From contig JAWOHT010000052.1 of the NCBI GenBank assembly GCA_046485045.1, positions 726-64,725 of the forward strand: a stretch of DNA of 64,000 nt. Reading direction: 5' to 3'. This document shows positions 29,843 to 42,172 of the stretch, one piece after another (position 1 is the stretch's first letter; each line of letters begins with the position of its first letter). The notes beneath the pieces are model-generated. The model made no database searches. It was not told the DNA's origin and worked only from the letters and a program-made list of their open reading frames with translations. The translations under genes were made by a program, and so were the position numbers. Source of the DNA: Bacteroidales bacterium (GTDB lineage Bacteria > Bacteroidota > Bacteroidia > Bacteroidales > UBA10428).

Positions 29843-30664
29843 ATGGCTGTAAGAAAATTAAAACCTGTAACACCAGGTCAGAGACACAAGGTAATATCAA
29901 CATTTGATGAGATTACAACTTCAACACCGGAAAGGTCGTTGCTGCAACCGTTGAAACGAACCGGAGGAAGAAACAATACCGGAAAAATGACCATGAGGTA
30001 TATCGGTGGTGGTCATAAACGTCAGTACCGGCTTATTGATTTTCATCGAAACAAAGATGGAGTGGCTGCAACAGTGAAATCTATTGAGTACGATCCGAAC
30101 CGTACAGCCCGCATCGCATTGTTGATATACGAAGACGGAGAAAAAAGATACATCATTGCCCCTCACGGTTTAAAAGAGGGACAAGTTGTGCGGTCGGGCA
30201 GCGGAATTGCCCCTGAAATAGGCAATTGCATGTCACTTTCAGAAATGCCCCTTGGCACACTTGTTCATAACATCGAACTGAGGCCGGGTCAGGGTGGCGT
30301 GCTGGCAAGAAGCGCTGGTTCATACGCACAGTTAACTTCCCGTGATGGTAAATATGCCATTATTAAATTACCTTCGGGTGAGTCAAGAATGGTGCTCATC
30401 ACTTGCAGAGCAACTGTTGGAACAGTATCTAATTCAGACCACAGTATTGAAAAATCAGGCAAAGCAGGTCGTACCAGATGGCTTGGCAGAAGGCCGCGAA
30501 ACAGGGGCGTTGTCATGAACCCGGTAGATCACCCGATGGGTGGTGGCGAAGGACGTGCTTCCGGCGGGCACCCAAGGTCAAGAAAAGGTATTCCTGCCAA
30601 AGGGTACAAGACCAGATCGAAGAAAAAACTATCAAATAAATACATAGTTGAAAAGAGAAAGTAA
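29843..30664 (+). CDS. rplB: 50S ribosomal protein L2
   Basis: 273 aa, [15 protein letters not shown] motif. Confidence 0.95.
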   Translation: MAVRKLKPVTPGQRHKVISTFDEITTSTPERSLLQPLKRTGGRNNTGKMTMRYIGGGHKRQYRLIDFHRNKDGVAATVKSIEYDPNRTARIALLIYEDGEKRYIIAPHGLKEGQVVRSGSGIAPEIGNCMSLSEMPLGTLVHNIELRPGQGGVLARSAGSYAQLTSRDGKYAIIKLPSGESRMVLITCRATVGTVSNSDHSIEKSGKAGRTRWLGRRPRNRGVVMNPVDHPMGGGEGRASGGHPRSRKGIPAKGYKTRSKKKLSNKYIVEKRK

Positions 30665-30678
30665 AAGATTAAATAACT

Positions 30679-30945
30679 ATGAGCAGATCAGTTAAAAAAG
30701 GACCTTTTATAGATTTTAAGCTTGAGAAACGTGTTCTCGAGTTGAATAAAACCAGCAAAAAGACTGTGATCAAAACGTGGTCGCGCAGGTCTGAAATATC
30801 GCCTGATTTTGTAGGGCATACAATCGCAGTGCATAATGGCAACAAGTTCATCCCGGTATATGTTACAGAAAACATGGTAGGACATAAGCTTGGAGAATTT
30901 TCTCCGACCAGGATTTTCAGGGGTCATGCAGGTAAACAACGATAA
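30679..30945 (+). CDS. rpsS: 30S ribosomal protein S19
   Basis: 88 aa, [12 protein letters not shown]. Confidence 0.95.
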   Translation: MSRSVKKGPFIDFKLEKRVLELNKTSKKTVIKTWSRRSEISPDFVGHTIAVHNGNKFIPVYVTENMVGHKLGEFSPTRIFRGHAGKQR

Positions 30946-30977
30946 ATGATATAGTATATCCAATAAAGCAATAGAAA

Positions 30978-31397
30978 ATGGGTGCCAGAAAAAGATTAAA
31001 AGCTGAAGAGGCCAAAGCGGAAAGGAAAGAACAATTCAAGGCAGTTTTAAGAAACTGTCCTACTTCACCTCGCAAAATGAGGCTGGTGGCTGATATGATC
31101 AGGGGCATGGAGGTAAACCGTGCTATTGATATGTTGAAATTCAGCACCAAAGAGGCTTCAAAACGGATGGCAAAACTTGTGCTTTCTGCCGTGTCTAACT
31201 GGCAGAAAAAAAATGAAAACATCCGTATTGAAGATAACAAACTGTTTGTAAAAGAGGTTTTTGTTGATCAGGGCAGATCACTCAAAAGATTACGCCCAGC
31301 GCCGCAGGGAAGGGCTTACCGGATCAGGAAACGCTCAAACCATGTAACCGTGGTTATAGATAATTTAAAAGAAGTAACTGAAAGTCAAACAAAATAA
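30978..31397 (+). CDS. rplV: 50S ribosomal protein L22
   Basis: 139 aa, [14 protein letters not shown]. Confidence 0.95.
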   Translation: MGARKRLKAEEAKAERKEQFKAVLRNCPTSPRKMRLVADMIRGMEVNRAIDMLKFSTKEASKRMAKLVLSAVSNWQKKNENIRIEDNKLFVKEVFVDQGRSLKRLRPAPQGRAYRIRKRSNHVTVVIDNLKEVTESQTK

Positions 31398-31400
31398 TTA

Positions 31401-32099
31401 ATGGGACAAAAAGCTAATCCTATCAGTAACAGGTTAGGAATCATCAAAGGTTGGGATTCCAACTGGTATGGCGGGAATAATTATTCTGAGAAACTTATCG
31501 AAGATTTCAAGATAAGAAAATACCTGAATGCCCGTCTTGCCAAGGCAAGCATTTCAAAAATTGTTATCGAGCGTACCCTCAAGCTCATCACCGTAACCGT
31601 TAACACTGCCCGTCCGGGTATTATCATTGGTAAAGGTGGGCAGGAAGTTGACAAACTTAAGGAAGAATTGAAGAAAATAACCAGCAAAGAGGTGCAGATT
31701 AACATTTTTGAAGTTAAAAGACCCGAACTTGATGCTACCATTGTTGGAAGCAATATTGCACGTCAGATCGAAGGAAAGGTTTCTTACCGCAGGGCCATCA
31801 AAATGGCCATGGCCGCAACCATGCGAATGGGTGCAGAGGGAATCAAGGTAATGATATCAGGCAGGCTCGGTGGAGCTGAAATGGCAAGGTCTGAAATGTA
31901 CAAGGAAGGGCGAACCCCGTTACACACTTTCAGAAGCGATATTGATTTTGCCCTGGCCGAAGCGCTTACAAAAGTTGGTCTCATTGGAGTTAAAGTCTGG
32001 ATTTGCAAAGGAGAAGTATATGGCAAACGTGACCTCTCGCCCAACTTAGAGGCAAAAACACAGAAGGCAAAGGCCGGGTTCAGAAAAAAAAGAAAATAA
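31401..32099 (+). CDS. rpsC: 30S ribosomal protein S3
   Basis: 232 aa, [15 protein letters not shown] domain. Confidence 0.95.
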   Translation: MGQKANPISNRLGIIKGWDSNWYGGNNYSEKLIEDFKIRKYLNARLAKASISKIVIERTLKLITVTVNTARPGIIIGKGGQEVDKLKEELKKITSKEVQINIFEVKRPELDATIVGSNIARQIEGKVSYRRAIKMAMAATMRMGAEGIKVMISGRLGGAEMARSEMYKEGRTPLHTFRSDIDFALAEALTKVGLIGVKVWICKGEVYGKRDLSPNLEAKTQKAKAGFRKKRK

Positions 32100-32130
32100 G
32101 GATTATTAACAAAGCAATTGATTATTAGCG

Positions 32131-32553
32131 ATGTTACAACCAAAAAAGTCAAAATACAGGAGACAGCAGAAAGGCCGCATGAAAGGAAATGCGCAAAGGG
32201 GAAACCAGTTGGCATTCGGTTCATTCGGGATAAAAACACTTGAAGAAAGCTGGATTACAGGCAGGCAGATAGAAGCAGCACGTCAGGCAGTTACACGTTA
32301 TATGAAACGTGAAGGACAGATATGGATCAGGATATTTCCGGATAAACCGATCACCAAGAAACCTGCCGAAGTGCGTATGGGTAAAGGAAAAGGAGCTCCA
32401 GAAGGGTTTGTGGCACCAGTCACCCCGGGACGGATACTCATTGAGATCGAAGGAGTACCTTTCGAAACAGCAAAGGAAGCGCTTCGCCTTGGTGCACAAA
32501 AACTGCCGGTTACAACCAAGTTTGTTGTACGACACGATTATGTTGAAATTTAA
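32131..32553 (+). CDS. rplP: 50S ribosomal protein L16
   Basis: 140 aa, [19 protein letters not shown]. Confidence 0.95.
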   Translation: MLQPKKSKYRRQQKGRMKGNAQRGNQLAFGSFGIKTLEESWITGRQIEAARQAVTRYMKREGQIWIRIFPDKPITKKPAEVRMGKGKGAPEGFVAPVTPGRILIEIEGVPFETAKEALRLGAQKLPVTTKFVVRHDYVEI

Positions 32554-32564
32554 TAAAGGTAGTA

Positions 32565-32774
32565 ATGAAATCTCAGGAAATAAGAGAACTAACATTAAAA
32601 GAGATCGTTGAGAGAATAGAAAATGAAGAGGGTTTTCTTCTCAAACAGAAACTCAATCATGCCATTTCGCCGCTCGACAATCCGATGAAGATCAAAGAAT
32701 CAAGGAAAAATCTTGCAAGGCTTAAAACAATCCTGAAAGAAAAACAGGGACAAGAAAATTTGCAACAAAGCTAA
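32565..32774 (+). CDS. rpmC: 50S ribosomal protein L29
   Basis: 69 aa, operon position. Confidence 0.9.
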   Translation: MKSQEIRELTLKEIVERIENEEGFLLKQKLNHAISPLDNPMKIKESRKNLARLKTILKEKQGQENLQQS

Positions 32775-32784
32775 TAGAAGATAA

Positions 32785-33042
32785 ATGGAAAAACGTAATC
32801 TTAGAAAAGAAAGGATTGGGATCGTTGTCAGCAGCGGAATGGACAAATCTATCGTGGTTGCTGAGAAACGCAAAATGAAACACCCCATTTACGGAAAATT
32901 TGTGAACAAGACCTCCAAATTTATGGCCCAGGATGATAAAAATGAATGCAACGTTGGAGACCTGGTTCGCATTAGCGAAACCCGGCCTTTGAGCAAAAAT
33001 AAATGTTGGAGATTGGTTGAAATTATAGAAAGAGCTAAATAG
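32785..33042 (+). CDS. rpsQ: 30S ribosomal protein S17
   Basis: 85 aa, operon position, KCWRLVEI C-terminus. Confidence 0.9.
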   Translation: MEKRNLRKERIGIVVSSGMDKSIVVAEKRKMKHPIYGKFVNKTSKFMAQDDKNECNVGDLVRISETRPLSKNKCWRLVEIIERAK

Positions 33043-33044
33043 TC

Positions 33045-33410
33045 ATGATACAGCAGGAAAGCAGATTAACAGTTGCCGATAACAGCGGAGCCAAAGAGGT
33101 TCTCTGTATCAGGGTCCTGGGTGGAACAGGAAAACGCTATGCAAGAATTGGCGATAAAGTGGTTGTTACGGTCAAAAGTGCAATCCCATCGGGAGAAGTA
33201 AAAAAAGGTACCGTAAGCAAGGCTGTTGTCGTAAGAACCAAGAAAGAAATCAGAAGGTCGGACGGTTCTTATATAAGGTTTGATGACAATGCATGTGTGC
33301 TGCTAAACAATGCCGATGAACTGAGAGGTACCCGTATTTTCGGGCCTGTTGCAAGGGAATTGAGGGAGAAGTATATGAAAATTGTTTCACTGGCACCTGA
33401 AGTGTTATAA
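33045..33410 (+). CDS. rplN: 50S ribosomal protein L14
   Basis: 121 aa, [18 protein letters not shown]. Confidence 0.95.
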   Translation: MIQQESRLTVADNSGAKEVLCIRVLGGTGKRYARIGDKVVVTVKSAIPSGEVKKGTVSKAVVVRTKKEIRRSDGSYIRFDDNACVLLNNADELRGTRIFGPVARELREKYMKIVSLAPEVL

Positions 33411-33424
33411 ATAAATTTAAATCA

Positions 33425-33748
33425 ATGCAGAAGAAATTACACATAAAAAAGGGTGACACTGTGTACGTTAACACCGGTGAATACAAAGGTCAGAAAGGCC
33501 GAGTGCTTGAGGTGATTAAGAAAAATAACAAAGCAATTGTAGAAGGCATCAACCTGGTATCGAAGCATACCAAGCCCAATGCAAAAGCCCCCCAGGGTGG
33601 TATTATAAAAAAAGAAGCCCCGGTGCATATCTCAAACCTCCTTCTTCTCGACCCGAAAACCGGCAGCCCTACACGAATTGGTAGGAAACTCAACAGTGAA
33701 AATGTTTTAGTTAGATATTCAAAAAAATCTGGGGAGGAAATTAAGTAA
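33425..33748 (+). CDS. rplX: 50S ribosomal protein L24
   Basis: 107 aa with a KOW motif ([21 protein letters not shown]). Confidence 0.95.
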   Translation: MQKKLHIKKGDTVYVNTGEYKGQKGRVLEVIKKNNKAIVEGINLVSKHTKPNAKAPQGGIIKKEAPVHISNLLLLDPKTGSPTRIGRKLNSENVLVRYSKKSGEEIK

Positions 33749-34305
33749 TGGCTTACATACCTAATTTAAAGTCTAAGTATAAAGACGAGATTGTTCCTGC
33801 TTTAACCAAAGAATTTGGTTATAAAACGAGCATGCAGGTTCCCAGGCTTGAAAAAATAATCATCAACCAGGGAGTTGGCCAGGCCGTAGCCGATAAAAAG
33901 CTCGTTGACTTAGCACAGCAGGAGTTGAGCATGATTGCAGGACAAAAGGCAATTCAGACCATGTCGAAAAAAGACATCTCAAATTTCAAGCTTCGCCGAA
34001 AAATGCCTATTGGCGTGAAGGTAACGCTTAGGAAAAACAACATGTACGAATTTCTTGAAAGGCTTATAAGTGTAGCATTGCCAAGAATACGTGATTTTAA
34101 AGGGATTAACAGCAAGCTCGACGGAAGAGGAAATTATACCCTCGGTATAACTGAGCAGATTATTTTTCCCGAGATTGATATTGACAAAATAAATAAAATA
34201 CTTGGAATGGAGATAACCTTTGTCACCACTGCAGAAACCGACGAAGAAGGATTTGCCCTGTTGCGGGAATTCGGGTTACCTTTTAAAAATATCAAAAGAA
34301 ACTAA
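33748..34305 (+). CDS. rplE: 50S ribosomal protein L5
   Basis: 185 aa. TAATG stop/start overlap with rplX. Confidence 0.95.
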   Translation: MAYIPNLKSKYKDEIVPALTKEFGYKTSMQVPRLEKIIINQGVGQAVADKKLVDLAQQELSMIAGQKAIQTMSKKDISNFKLRRKMPIGVKVTLRKNNMYEFLERLISVALPRIRDFKGINSKLDGRGNYTLGITEQIIFPEIDIDKINKILGMEITFVTTAETDEEGFALLREFGLPFKNIKRN

Positions 34306-34306
34306 T

Positions 34307-34576
34307 ATGGCAAAAGAATCAATGAAGGCCCGCGAAGTTAAAAGGGCAAAGCTTGTAGCACGATATGCTGCCAAAAGGGCAAAACTTAAAGAAATGGGCG
34401 ATTATCAGGCCCTTAGCAGAATTCCGCGAAACTCTAACCCTATAAGGTTGCATAACAGGTGTAAGCTTACCGGAAGGCCAAAAGGTTATATCAGACAATT
34501 CGGCATCAGCAGGATTTGTTTCAGGGAGATGGCCTCACAAGGATTGATTCCGGGAGTAAAAAAAGCAAGTTGGTAA
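34307..34576 (+). CDS. rpsN: 30S ribosomal protein S14 (long form)
   Basis: Start set at [16 protein letters not shown] (ATG 34307), giving 89 aa. The upstream part of the tracked ORF overlaps the rplE 3' end. Confidence 0.9.
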   Translation: MAKESMKAREVKRAKLVARYAAKRAKLKEMGDYQALSRIPRNSNPIRLHNRCKLTGRPKGYIRQFGISRICFREMASQGLIPGVKKASW

Positions 34577-34600
34577 TTAATTTAAGATAAATAGTATAAT

Positions 34601-34996
34601 ATGACAGACCCAATTTCAGATTATCTGACCAGAATCAGAAATGCCATAATGGCTAAACATAAGGTTGTGGAAATACCGGCTTCAAATCTGAAGAAAGATA
34701 TTACCAGGATTCTTTTTGATAAAGGGTATATTCTGAATTTTAAATTTGAAGATAGTAAAGTACAGGGAAAAATAAAAATAGCCCTGAAATATCACCCGGA
34801 ATCAAAACAGCCTGCTATCAAGTCATTGGAGAGAATAAGCAAACCCGGTTTAAGAAAATATGTTGACAGTACAAAAGTTCCCAGGGTACTTAACGGGCTT
34901 GGGATCGCGATAATGTCAACATCAAAGGGTGTAATGACCGATAAAGAAGCCAGGTTGCAGAATGTAGGCGGTGAAGTTTTATGTTATGTTTATTAA
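34601..34996 (+). CDS. rpsH: 30S ribosomal protein S8
   Basis: 131 aa, [15 protein letters not shown]. Confidence 0.95.
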   Translation: MTDPISDYLTRIRNAIMAKHKVVEIPASNLKKDITRILFDKGYILNFKFEDSKVQGKIKIALKYHPESKQPAIKSLERISKPGLRKYVDSTKVPRVLNGLGIAIMSTSKGVMTDKEARLQNVGGEVLCYVY

Positions 34997-35012
34997 ATCG
35001 GAGGAAGCATAA

Positions 35013-35567
35013 ATGTCACGAATAGGAAAACTACCCATTAATATTCCGCAAGGCGTTACCATTACTGTAAATACAGATAACACAGTAATAGTAAAAGGCC
35101 CAAACGGAGAGCTGTCATACAAGGTTGACAGGGATATCATGGTAGAAATAAAAGAAAACCAGATATTGATACAGAGACCTACCGAGCAAAAAAGGCACCG
35201 CGCCATGCACGGATTATACAGGGCACTCATAAACAATATGGTTACTGGTGTAACAACTGGTTTTACAATAAAGCAGGAGCTGGTGGGTGTAGGCTATAAG
35301 GCTGAGGTTAAAGGAGAAGTGCTTGAACTAAGCCTGGGGTATTCACATGATATACATTTTCATATGCCCAAAGAGGTAAAAGTTGAAGCAAAAACCGAAA
35401 AGCGCAGCAACCCGGTTATCACATTAACCAGCGCAGACAAACAGCTTATCGGACAGGTAGCGGCAAAAATCCGCTCACTGAGAAAACCCGAACCATACAA
35501 AGGCAAAGGTATCAGGTTTGTTGGTGAACAGATCAGGAAGAAAGCTGGTAAATCTGCAAGTGCATAA
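35013..35567 (+). CDS. rplF: 50S ribosomal protein L6
   Basis: 184 aa, MSRIGKLPINIPQGV. Confidence 0.95.
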   Translation: MSRIGKLPINIPQGVTITVNTDNTVIVKGPNGELSYKVDRDIMVEIKENQILIQRPTEQKRHRAMHGLYRALINNMVTGVTTGFTIKQELVGVGYKAEVKGEVLELSLGYSHDIHFHMPKEVKVEAKTEKRSNPVITLTSADKQLIGQVAAKIRSLRKPEPYKGKGIRFVGEQIRKKAGKSASA

Positions 35568-35586
35568 CGTTTAAAATATTATTAAA

Positions 35587-35946
35587 ATGGCACTGACAGT
35601 ACAAGAAAGAAGAATACGTATAAAACATCGGATCAGAAAAGAAATTTCCGGCACGAATGAGCGTCCCAGAATGACTATTTTCAGAAGCAATAAACAGATT
35701 TATGTACAGTTTATTGACGACCTCGCGAACAAAACCTTATTGTCGGTTTCTTCGCTCGATAAGGATATTGCTGCAAAGAAAGACATGAACAAGTCCGAAC
35801 AGGCAAAACTTGTTGGAAAACTGGCAGCCGAGAAATCAAAAGAAGCAGGAATTACAAATGTGGTTTATGACCGTAACGGTTACCTCTATCACGGGCGTGT
35901 TAAAGCGTTGGCTGAGGCTGCCAGAGAAGCGGGTTTAAAATTTTAA
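35587..35946 (+). CDS. rplR: 50S ribosomal protein L18
   Basis: 119 aa, operon position. Confidence 0.9.
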   Translation: MALTVQERRIRIKHRIRKEISGTNERPRMTIFRSNKQIYVQFIDDLANKTLLSVSSLDKDIAAKKDMNKSEQAKLVGKLAAEKSKEAGITNVVYDRNGYLYHGRVKALAEAAREAGLKF

Positions 35947-35952
35947 CAAACT

Positions 35953-36471
35953 ATGTCAACTACAACAATAAGAAAAGTAAAAACAATAGACCTCGACCTT
36001 AAAGATCGTTTGGTTAGTATACAGAGGGTTACCAAGGTTACCAAGGGCGGAAGGACATTCAGTTTCTCAGCTATTGTGGTGGTAGGAAACGAAGACGGTA
36101 TCGTAGGGTACGGTCTCGGTAAGGCCAACGAAGTAACCACAGCCATCGCCAAGGGGGTGGAAGATGCCAAGAAAAACCTGATTAAGGTTCCTGTAATACA
36201 TGGTACCATACCTCATGAACAGATAGCAAAATTCGGCGGGGCACAAGTCTTTCTGAAACCTGCATCTGGCGGTACAGGGGTTAAGGCCGGTGGCGCTATG
36301 CGTGCAGTGCTCGAAAGTGTTGGTATAAAAGACGTACTGGCAAAATCAAAAGGTTCTTCAAACCCGCACAACCTGGTGAAAGCTACCTTCAAGGCATTGC
36401 TCGAACTCAGGGATGCATTCACAGTAGCACAACAGCGTGGTGTTAACCTTACAAAAGTTTTTAATGGGTAA
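35953..36471 (+). CDS. rpsE: 30S ribosomal protein S5
   Basis: 172 aa, [21 protein letters not shown]. Confidence 0.95.
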   Translation: MSTTTIRKVKTIDLDLKDRLVSIQRVTKVTKGGRTFSFSAIVVVGNEDGIVGYGLGKANEVTTAIAKGVEDAKKNLIKVPVIHGTIPHEQIAKFGGAQVFLKPASGGTGVKAGGAMRAVLESVGIKDVLAKSKGSSNPHNLVKATFKALLELRDAFTVAQQRGVNLTKVFNG

Positions 36472-36491
36472 CCAGTTAAAGAATCAATGAG

Positions 36492-36671
36492 ATGGCTAAA
36501 ATAAGAATTACATATACAAAAAGTAAGATCAATGGTACCGAAAGACAGAAGAGGACCATCGAAGCCCTCGGACTGGGTAAAATGAACTCTTCGGTCGAGG
36601 TGGAAGCAACTCCCCAGATACTCGGTATGGTAAGAAAAGTTGAACATTTGATTTCAGTACAAGATATATAA
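36492..36671 (+). CDS. rpmD: 50S ribosomal protein L30
   Basis: Not in the ORF track (59 aa). Hand translation: [59 protein letters not shown], stop TAA at 36669-36671. It sits at the expected position between rpsE and rplO. Confidence 0.85.
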   Translation: MAKIRITYTKSKINGTERQKRTIEALGLGKMNSSVEVEATPQILGMVRKVEHLISVQDI

Positions 36672-36691
36672 AATTGCATAATATAGTAAAC

Positions 36692-37138
36692 ATGGACTTA
36701 AGTGTATTAAAACCTGCAAAGGGATCGGTTAAAACCAGCAAAAGAAAAGGAAGAGGCCAGGGCTCCGGTAAAGGCGGTACCTCTACAAGAGGCCATAAAG
36801 GTGCAAAACAGCGTTCTGGTTATAAAACCAAGATCGGTTTCGAAGGCGGTCAGATGCCTTTGCAGAGAAGAGTTCCAAAATTTGGTTTTAAAAATATCAA
36901 CAGAAAAGAATACAAAGGTATAAACCTAAGTACTATTCAGGAACTTGCAGATAAAATAAAATTGTCTTCTATTACTGTTGATACAATTGTAGAAGCTGGT
37001 TTGGCCTCAAAAAGGGATTTGATTAAAATATTGGGAAATGGCAAACTTTCCTCAAAGCTGGATGTTAAAGCACATGCTTTTTCAAAATCTGCACAAAGTG
37101 CCATTGAAGCAATTCAGGGAACTGCCACAAAAATCTAA
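36692..37138 (+). CDS. rplO: 50S ribosomal protein L15
   Basis: Start set at [12 protein letters not shown] (ATG 36692). Gly/Lys-rich N-terminal region. Confidence 0.9.
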   Translation: MDLSVLKPAKGSVKTSKRKGRGQGSGKGGTSTRGHKGAKQRSGYKTKIGFEGGQMPLQRRVPKFGFKNINRKEYKGINLSTIQELADKIKLSSITVDTIVEAGLASKRDLIKILGNGKLSSKLDVKAHAFSKSAQSAIEAIQGTATKI

Positions 37139-37142
37139 TTGA

Positions 37143-38471
37143 ATGAAAGCTCTCATTGAAACCTTAAAAAACATTTACAAGATCGAGGAATTACGATCAA
37201 GGATAATCTATACCTTTTTTATCCTTCTGATCTATCGTCTTGGCTCACACGTTGTTTTGCCCACCGTTGACCCTAATCTGCTGGATATCCAGACCCAGGG
37301 GGTACTTGGTATCCTTGATATGTTCTCAGGCGGTGCATTTGCAAGAGCTTCGGTTTTTGCACTTGGTATCATGCCATACATTTCGGCTTCGATCGTGGTG
37401 CAACTCTTAGGTATTGCCGTGCCTTACTTCCAGCGGCTTCAGAAAGAAGGTGAAAGCGGAAGAAGAAGGATAAACCAGATAACAAGGTATCTTACAATTA
37501 TTATCCTGCTCATTCAGGCTCCCAGTTACCTTAGCATTATTCCTGCAAACGCCTGGGTTGTTTCACTTGACCCTGTCTGGAGAATATTCTTTTCTGTAGT
37601 CATTCTAACCTCAGGTACAATGTTTGTCATGTGGCTTGGTGAAAGAATAACCGATAAAGGAATCGGAAACGGCATCTCTCTGATAATTATGATAGGTATT
37701 ATCGCAAATTTCCCGTTTGCCATCCTTACCGAACTTACTTCCAGACTTGAAAAATCTGGCGGTGGACTTGTAATGTTCCTGGTAGAAATTGTATTTTTGT
37801 TCCTGGTATTTGTAATAAGCATCCTGTTGGTACAGGGTACAAGGCGTATCCCTGTGCAGTATGCCAAACGAATTGTAGGGAACAAGCAATACGGGGGAGT
37901 TAGGCAATATATTCCGCTTAAAGTAAATGCCGCGGGTGTTATGCCTATTATTTTTGCACAGGCTATCGTGATGCTGCCACTCACCTTTGCACAAAAAGCT
38001 GCAATGAGTGAGAATGCCTCTGGATTTATCGCTGCATTTGCCAATCCTACAGGATTTTGGTATAATTTTACCAGCGCTCTCCTGATTGTTCTTTTTACAT
38101 ATTTTTATACTGCTATTACCATTAATCCTAATCAAATGGCAGAAGATATGAAAAAAAATGGCGGATTCATACCCGGTATAAAACCGGGGAGAAAAACTGC
38201 AGAGTTTCTCGATACCATTATGTCGAGAATTACCCTGCCAGGATCGCTTTTCCTTGCAATAGTTGCTATCTTGCCGGCGTTTGCTATGATGGCCAACATT
38301 TCAACCGGCTTTGCATATTTTTATGGTGGTACTTCACTGCTTATTATGGTTGGTGTTATTTTAGACACCCTGCAGCAGATAGAAAGCCACCTGTTAATGA
38401 GACATTATGACGGGTTAATGAAATCCGGAAGAATAAAGGGAAGGGCCGGTGGTGTAGCTTCGGCTATTTAA
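37143..38471 (+). CDS. secY: Preprotein translocase subunit SecY
   Basis: 442 aa, polytopic, operon position after rplO. Confidence 0.95.
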   Translation: MKALIETLKNIYKIEELRSRIIYTFFILLIYRLGSHVVLPTVDPNLLDIQTQGVLGILDMFSGGAFARASVFALGIMPYISASIVVQLLGIAVPYFQRLQKEGESGRRRINQITRYLTIIILLIQAPSYLSIIPANAWVVSLDPVWRIFFSVVILTSGTMFVMWLGERITDKGIGNGISLIIMIGIIANFPFAILTELTSRLEKSGGGLVMFLVEIVFLFLVFVISILLVQGTRRIPVQYAKRIVGNKQYGGVRQYIPLKVNAAGVMPIIFAQAIVMLPLTFAQKAAMSENASGFIAAFANPTGFWYNFTSALLIVLFTYFYTAITINPNQMAEDMKKNGGFIPGIKPGRKTAEFLDTIMSRITLPGSLFLAIVAILPAFAMMANISTGFAYFYGGTSLLIMVGVILDTLQQIESHLLMRHYDGLMKSGRIKGRAGGVASAI

Positions 38472-38490
38472 TCCCTTAATACGTTCTTTG

Positions 38491-39285
38491 ATGATTCTTA
38501 TAAAAACAGAGGAAGAGATTGAACTGCTAAGACAAAGCAATTTACTGGTTTCCAATACCCTGGCTACTGTAGCCAGAGAAATAAAACCAGGAGTCTCAAC
38601 CAAAAGCCTCGACAAACTGGCCGAGGAATATATTCGTGATCATGGCGGTATTCCCGGGTTCCTACATTATAAGGGATATCCGAAAACGCTGTGTACTTCG
38701 ATTAACAGTCAGGTTGTTCACGGTATACCATCAGAATGCAGGCTGAAAGAAGGAGACATCGTTTCTATTGATTGCGGGGTAATTCTTAACAGTTATTATG
38801 GCGATAGCGCCTATACCTTCGCAATAGGTGATATTAACGAAAGAGTCGCAGAATTGCTGAGGGTAACAAAAGAGGCTCTGTATAAAGGGATCGAAATGGC
38901 TATTGAAGGTAAAAGACTTGGTGATCTGGGGAATGCTGTTCAGAACCATTGTGAGCAAAGCGGTTTTTCTGTGGTACGCGAAATGGTAGGCCACGGATTA
39001 GGCAAAAACCTGCACGAATCACCTGAAGTACCCAATTATGGCAGCCTCGGAAAAGGAATTATGCTAAAAAAGGGCATGGTGATTTGCATCGAACCGATGA
39101 TTAACCTCGGGCGCAAAGAAATTGTTCAGGAAAAAGACGGATGGACAATAAGAACTGCCGATAATAAACCTTCGGCCCATTTCGAACATGCCGTGGCCAT
39201 CGGTAAGGGACAAGCAGACATACTGTCTACGTTCCGGTTTATCGAGCAGGCAGAAATAGAAAATGATTATTTGCATTACAAATAA
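38491..39285 (+). CDS. map: Type I methionine aminopeptidase
   Basis: Start at ATG 38491 (the tracked ORF begins one codon earlier at TTG). Metal-ligand contexts [25 protein letters not shown] and FEH. Confidence 0.9.
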   Translation: MILIKTEEEIELLRQSNLLVSNTLATVAREIKPGVSTKSLDKLAEEYIRDHGGIPGFLHYKGYPKTLCTSINSQVVHGIPSECRLKEGDIVSIDCGVILNSYYGDSAYTFAIGDINERVAELLRVTKEALYKGIEMAIEGKRLGDLGNAVQNHCEQSGFSVVREMVGHGLGKNLHESPEVPNYGSLGKGIMLKKGMVICIEPMINLGRKEIVQEKDGWTIRTADNKPSAHFEHAVAIGKGQADILSTFRFIEQAEIENDYLHYK

Positions 39286-39292
39286 CTATATA

Positions 39293-39511
39293 ATGTCAAA
39301 ACAACCTTCGATTGAACAGGACGGGGTCATAAGAGAAGCATTGTCCAATGCCATGTTCAGGGTAGAACTGGAAAACGGACATATTATTACAGCGCATATC
39401 TCTGGAAAAATGAGAATGCATTATATTAAGATCTTACCTGGTGACAAAGTGAGAATAGAAATGTCGCCATATGATCTTACAAAAGGAAGAATAACTTTTA
39501 GGTATAAATAA
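39293..39511 (+). CDS. infA: Translation initiation factor IF-1
   Basis: Start set at [17 protein letters not shown] (ATG 39293), giving 72 aa with an S1-like fold. Confidence 0.9.
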   Translation: MSKQPSIEQDGVIREALSNAMFRVELENGHIITAHISGKMRMHYIKILPGDKVRIEMSPYDLTKGRITFRYK

Positions 39512-39527
39512 GAAACATTTACTCGAC

Positions 39528-39647
39528 ATGAAAGTAAGGGCATCTGTAAAAAAAAGAAGTTCAGATTGTAAAATAGTTCGCAGAAAAGGACGACTTTACG
39601 TAATCAACAAAAAGAACCCTAAGTTTAAACAGAGACAGGGTGCATAA
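39528..39647 (+). CDS. rpmJ: 50S ribosomal protein L36 (zinc-ligand-free form)
   Basis: Not in the ORF track (39 aa). Hand translation: [39 protein letters not shown]. Only one of the four canonical Cys/His zinc ligands remains. Confidence 0.85.
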   Translation: MKVRASVKKRSSDCKIVRRKGRLYVINKKNPKFKQRQGA

Positions 39648-39686
39648 AAATTAATAATCTGAAAAAACATTTAAACAAATTTATCT

Positions 39687-40064
39687 ATGGCACGAATTGT
39701 TGGTGTTGATTTACCAAAAAACAAACGAGGAGAGATAGGCCTGACATACATTTTCGGTGTTGGCCGCAGCACTGCCCAGAAGATACTTGAGAAAGCCGGC
39801 ATAGACCGTGATATCAAGGTCAAAGACTGGACAGACGACCAAATCAGCATGATAAGGAAAATAATTAACGAAGGCCTGAAGGTCGAAGGAGAACTTCGTT
39901 CCCAGGTACAGTTAAATGTTAAACGAATGATGGACATCGGTTGTTACAGGGGTGTAAGGCATCGTATCGGGCTTCCTGTTCGCGGACAGAGTACAAAAAA
40001 TAATGCCCGCACCAGGAAAGGAAGGAAAAAAACAGTTGCAAATAAAAAGAAAGCTACCAAATAA
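39687..40064 (+). CDS. rpsM: 30S ribosomal protein S13
   Basis: 125 aa, [14 protein letters not shown]. Confidence 0.95.
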   Translation: MARIVGVDLPKNKRGEIGLTYIFGVGRSTAQKILEKAGIDRDIKVKDWTDDQISMIRKIINEGLKVEGELRSQVQLNVKRMMDIGCYRGVRHRIGLPVRGQSTKNNARTRKGRKKTVANKKKATK

Positions 40065-40074
40065 GAATTGAGCT

Positions 40075-40464
40075 ATGGCAAAAAAAGCAGGAACATCAAA
40101 AAAGAAAATTGTAAAAGTTGATCCCTTAGGTCAGGCGCATATACATGCATCTTTCAATAATATTATTGTAACCCTTACCAATAACATGGGACAGGTTATA
40201 TCCTGGGCATCGGCCGGAAAGATGGGATTTAAAGGTTCTAAGAAAAATACTCCTTATGCAGCACAAATGGCTGCAGCCGATTGTGCCAAGGTGGCTTACG
40301 ACAGCGGCTTAAGAAAAGTAAAGGTGTTTGTAAAAGGCCCCGGAGCCGGTCGCGAATCTGCTATCAGGACCATTCACACTTCAGGAATAGAAGTAACAGA
40401 AATTGTTGATGTTACTCCGCTTCCTCATAACGGATGCAGACCGGCAGCTAGAAGAAGGGTATAA
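40075..40464 (+). CDS. rpsK: 30S ribosomal protein S11
   Basis: 129 aa, [14 protein letters not shown]. Confidence 0.95.
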   Translation: MAKKAGTSKKKIVKVDPLGQAHIHASFNNIIVTLTNNMGQVISWASAGKMGFKGSKKNTPYAAQMAAADCAKVAYDSGLRKVKVFVKGPGAGRESAIRTIHTSGIEVTEIVDVTPLPHNGCRPAARRRV

Positions 40465-40502
40465 TTACAAACTTGAATTAATAAGTATAAAATATATTAT
40501 AA

Positions 40503-41108
40503 ATGGCTAGATACACAGGACCAACTACCAAAATTGCAAGAAAATTCGGGGATCCGATTTATGGTGCTGATAAATATTTTGAAAAGAAAAATTTTCCTCC
40601 GGGACAGCACGGAATGAACAAAAAACGGAGAAAATTATCAGAATACGGTTTACAGCTTAAAGAAAAACAAAAAGCCAAATATACCTACGGGGTTCTTGAA
40701 AAACAGTTTAAAAACCTGTTTGATAAAGCCCAGAGGACTAAAGGGGTTACCGGGGTTGTTCTTTTGCAGCTTCTTGAGACAAGGCTTGACAATGTTGTGT
40801 TCAGGCTTGGTATTGCTCCATCAAGAAGGGCTGCACGCCAGCTTGTAACACACAGGCATATCACAGTTAACGGAGATGTTGTTAATATTCCTTCTATGAC
40901 CCTGCGCCCGGGCGACATTGTTGGCGTTAGGGAAAGGTCAAAATCACTCGAGGTGATCACAGAATCATTAACGGGAAGAAGAACCAGTTCTTCATGGCTG
41001 GAATGGGACTTAAGCCAGATGGCAGGAAAGGTGCTGAATTTACCGGAACGTGATGATATTCCTGAAAATATTAAGGAACAACTTATAGTTGAATTGTATT
41101 CTAAATAA
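40503..41108 (+). CDS. rpsD: 30S ribosomal protein S4
   Basis: 201 aa, [17 protein letters not shown]4 domain. Confidence 0.95.
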   Translation: MARYTGPTTKIARKFGDPIYGADKYFEKKNFPPGQHGMNKKRRKLSEYGLQLKEKQKAKYTYGVLEKQFKNLFDKAQRTKGVTGVVLLQLLETRLDNVVFRLGIAPSRRAARQLVTHRHITVNGDVVNIPSMTLRPGDIVGVRERSKSLEVITESLTGRRTSSSWLEWDLSQMAGKVLNLPERDDIPENIKEQLIVELYSK

Positions 41109-41126
41109 TTATAATAACTGAATTTT

Positions 41127-42119
41127 ATGGCAATTTTAACATTCCAGAAACCCGATAAAGTCATAATGATAGAATCGGACAATAAATTCGGTAAATTCGA
41201 ATTTCGTCCATTGGAACCCGGTTATGGTATTACTGTTGGTAATGCCCTTCGGAGAATCTTACTGTCATCTTTGGAGGGATACGCTATAACTACTATCAAG
41301 ATTGATAACGTTGAGCATGAATTCTCAACTATTACCGGTGTTATCGAAGATGTAACCGAAATTATCCTCAACCTTAAACAGATAAGGTTCAAAAAACTAA
41401 TTGAGGATATACGAGATGAAAGGATTATGGCTAAAATATCAGGTCAGGAGGTGTTTAAAGCCGGTGACCTGAACAGATTTCTCAGTGGTTTTGAGGTGCT
41501 TAACCCCAATCTTGAAATCTGTCATATGGAAACCGATGTAGAGTTTATCATCGAAATAACTGTTAACAAAGGCCGTGGTTATGTTCCTGCCGAGGAAAAC
41601 AAACCCCTCGATGCAGAATTTGGAGTAATTCCGATAGACGCCATTTTTACACCCATAAAAAATGTGAAATTCTCGGTTGAGAACTACAGGGTGGAACAAA
41701 AAACCGACTACGAAAAACTGGTTTTTGAGATTTTAACCGACGGGTCAATACATCCTAAAGATGCATTAAAAGAAGCGGCTAAAATATTGATCTATCACTT
41801 TATGTTATTTTCAGATGAGAAGATTACCCTCGATGCCAACGAATCATCAACCAATGAAGAGTTTGATGAGGAAATTCTGCATATGAGACAATTGCTCAAG
41901 ACCAAACTGGTTGACCTCGACCTTTCAGTCAGAGCGCTTAATTGTCTTAAAGCTGCTGAAGTAGAAACACTCGGTGACCTTGTTAAATTTAACAAAAACG
42001 ATTTATTGAAATTTAGAAATTTCGGTAAAAAATCTCTCACCGAACTTGACGAGTTGCTGGAAGGTATGAACCTGTCATTTGGCATGGAGGTTTCGAAGTA
42101 CAAACTCGATAAAGAATAA
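41127..42119 (+). CDS. rpoA: DNA-directed RNA polymerase subunit alpha
   Basis: 330 aa. The N-terminal assembly domain has [12 protein letters not shown]. The C-terminal domain has [12 protein letters not shown]. Confidence 0.95.
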   Translation: MAILTFQKPDKVIMIESDNKFGKFEFRPLEPGYGITVGNALRRILLSSLEGYAITTIKIDNVEHEFSTITGVIEDVTEIILNLKQIRFKKLIEDIRDERIMAKISGQEVFKAGDLNRFLSGFEVLNPNLEICHMETDVEFIIEITVNKGRGYVPAEENKPLDAEFGVIPIDAIFTPIKNVKFSVENYRVEQKTDYEKLVFEILTDGSIHPKDALKEAAKILIYHFMLFSDEKITLDANESSTNEEFDEEILHMRQLLKTKLVDLDLSVRALNCLKAAEVETLGDLVKFNKNDLLKFRNFGKKSLTELDELLEGMNLSFGMEVSKYKLDKE

Positions 42120-42172
42120 ATAAAATTTTGCTCAACCAGAAACCTGTGAAGGGATTAAAATATTGAATTGAG

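Noticed and set aside
37526-38135. Two overlapping minus-strand ORFs of 172 and 174 aa
   Set aside because: They are antisense to secY and have low-complexity composition. These are shadow ORFs. The same reasoning applies to the many 60-150-aa ORFs overlapping the ribosomal, dnaK, ABC-F, uvrD and EF-G genes.
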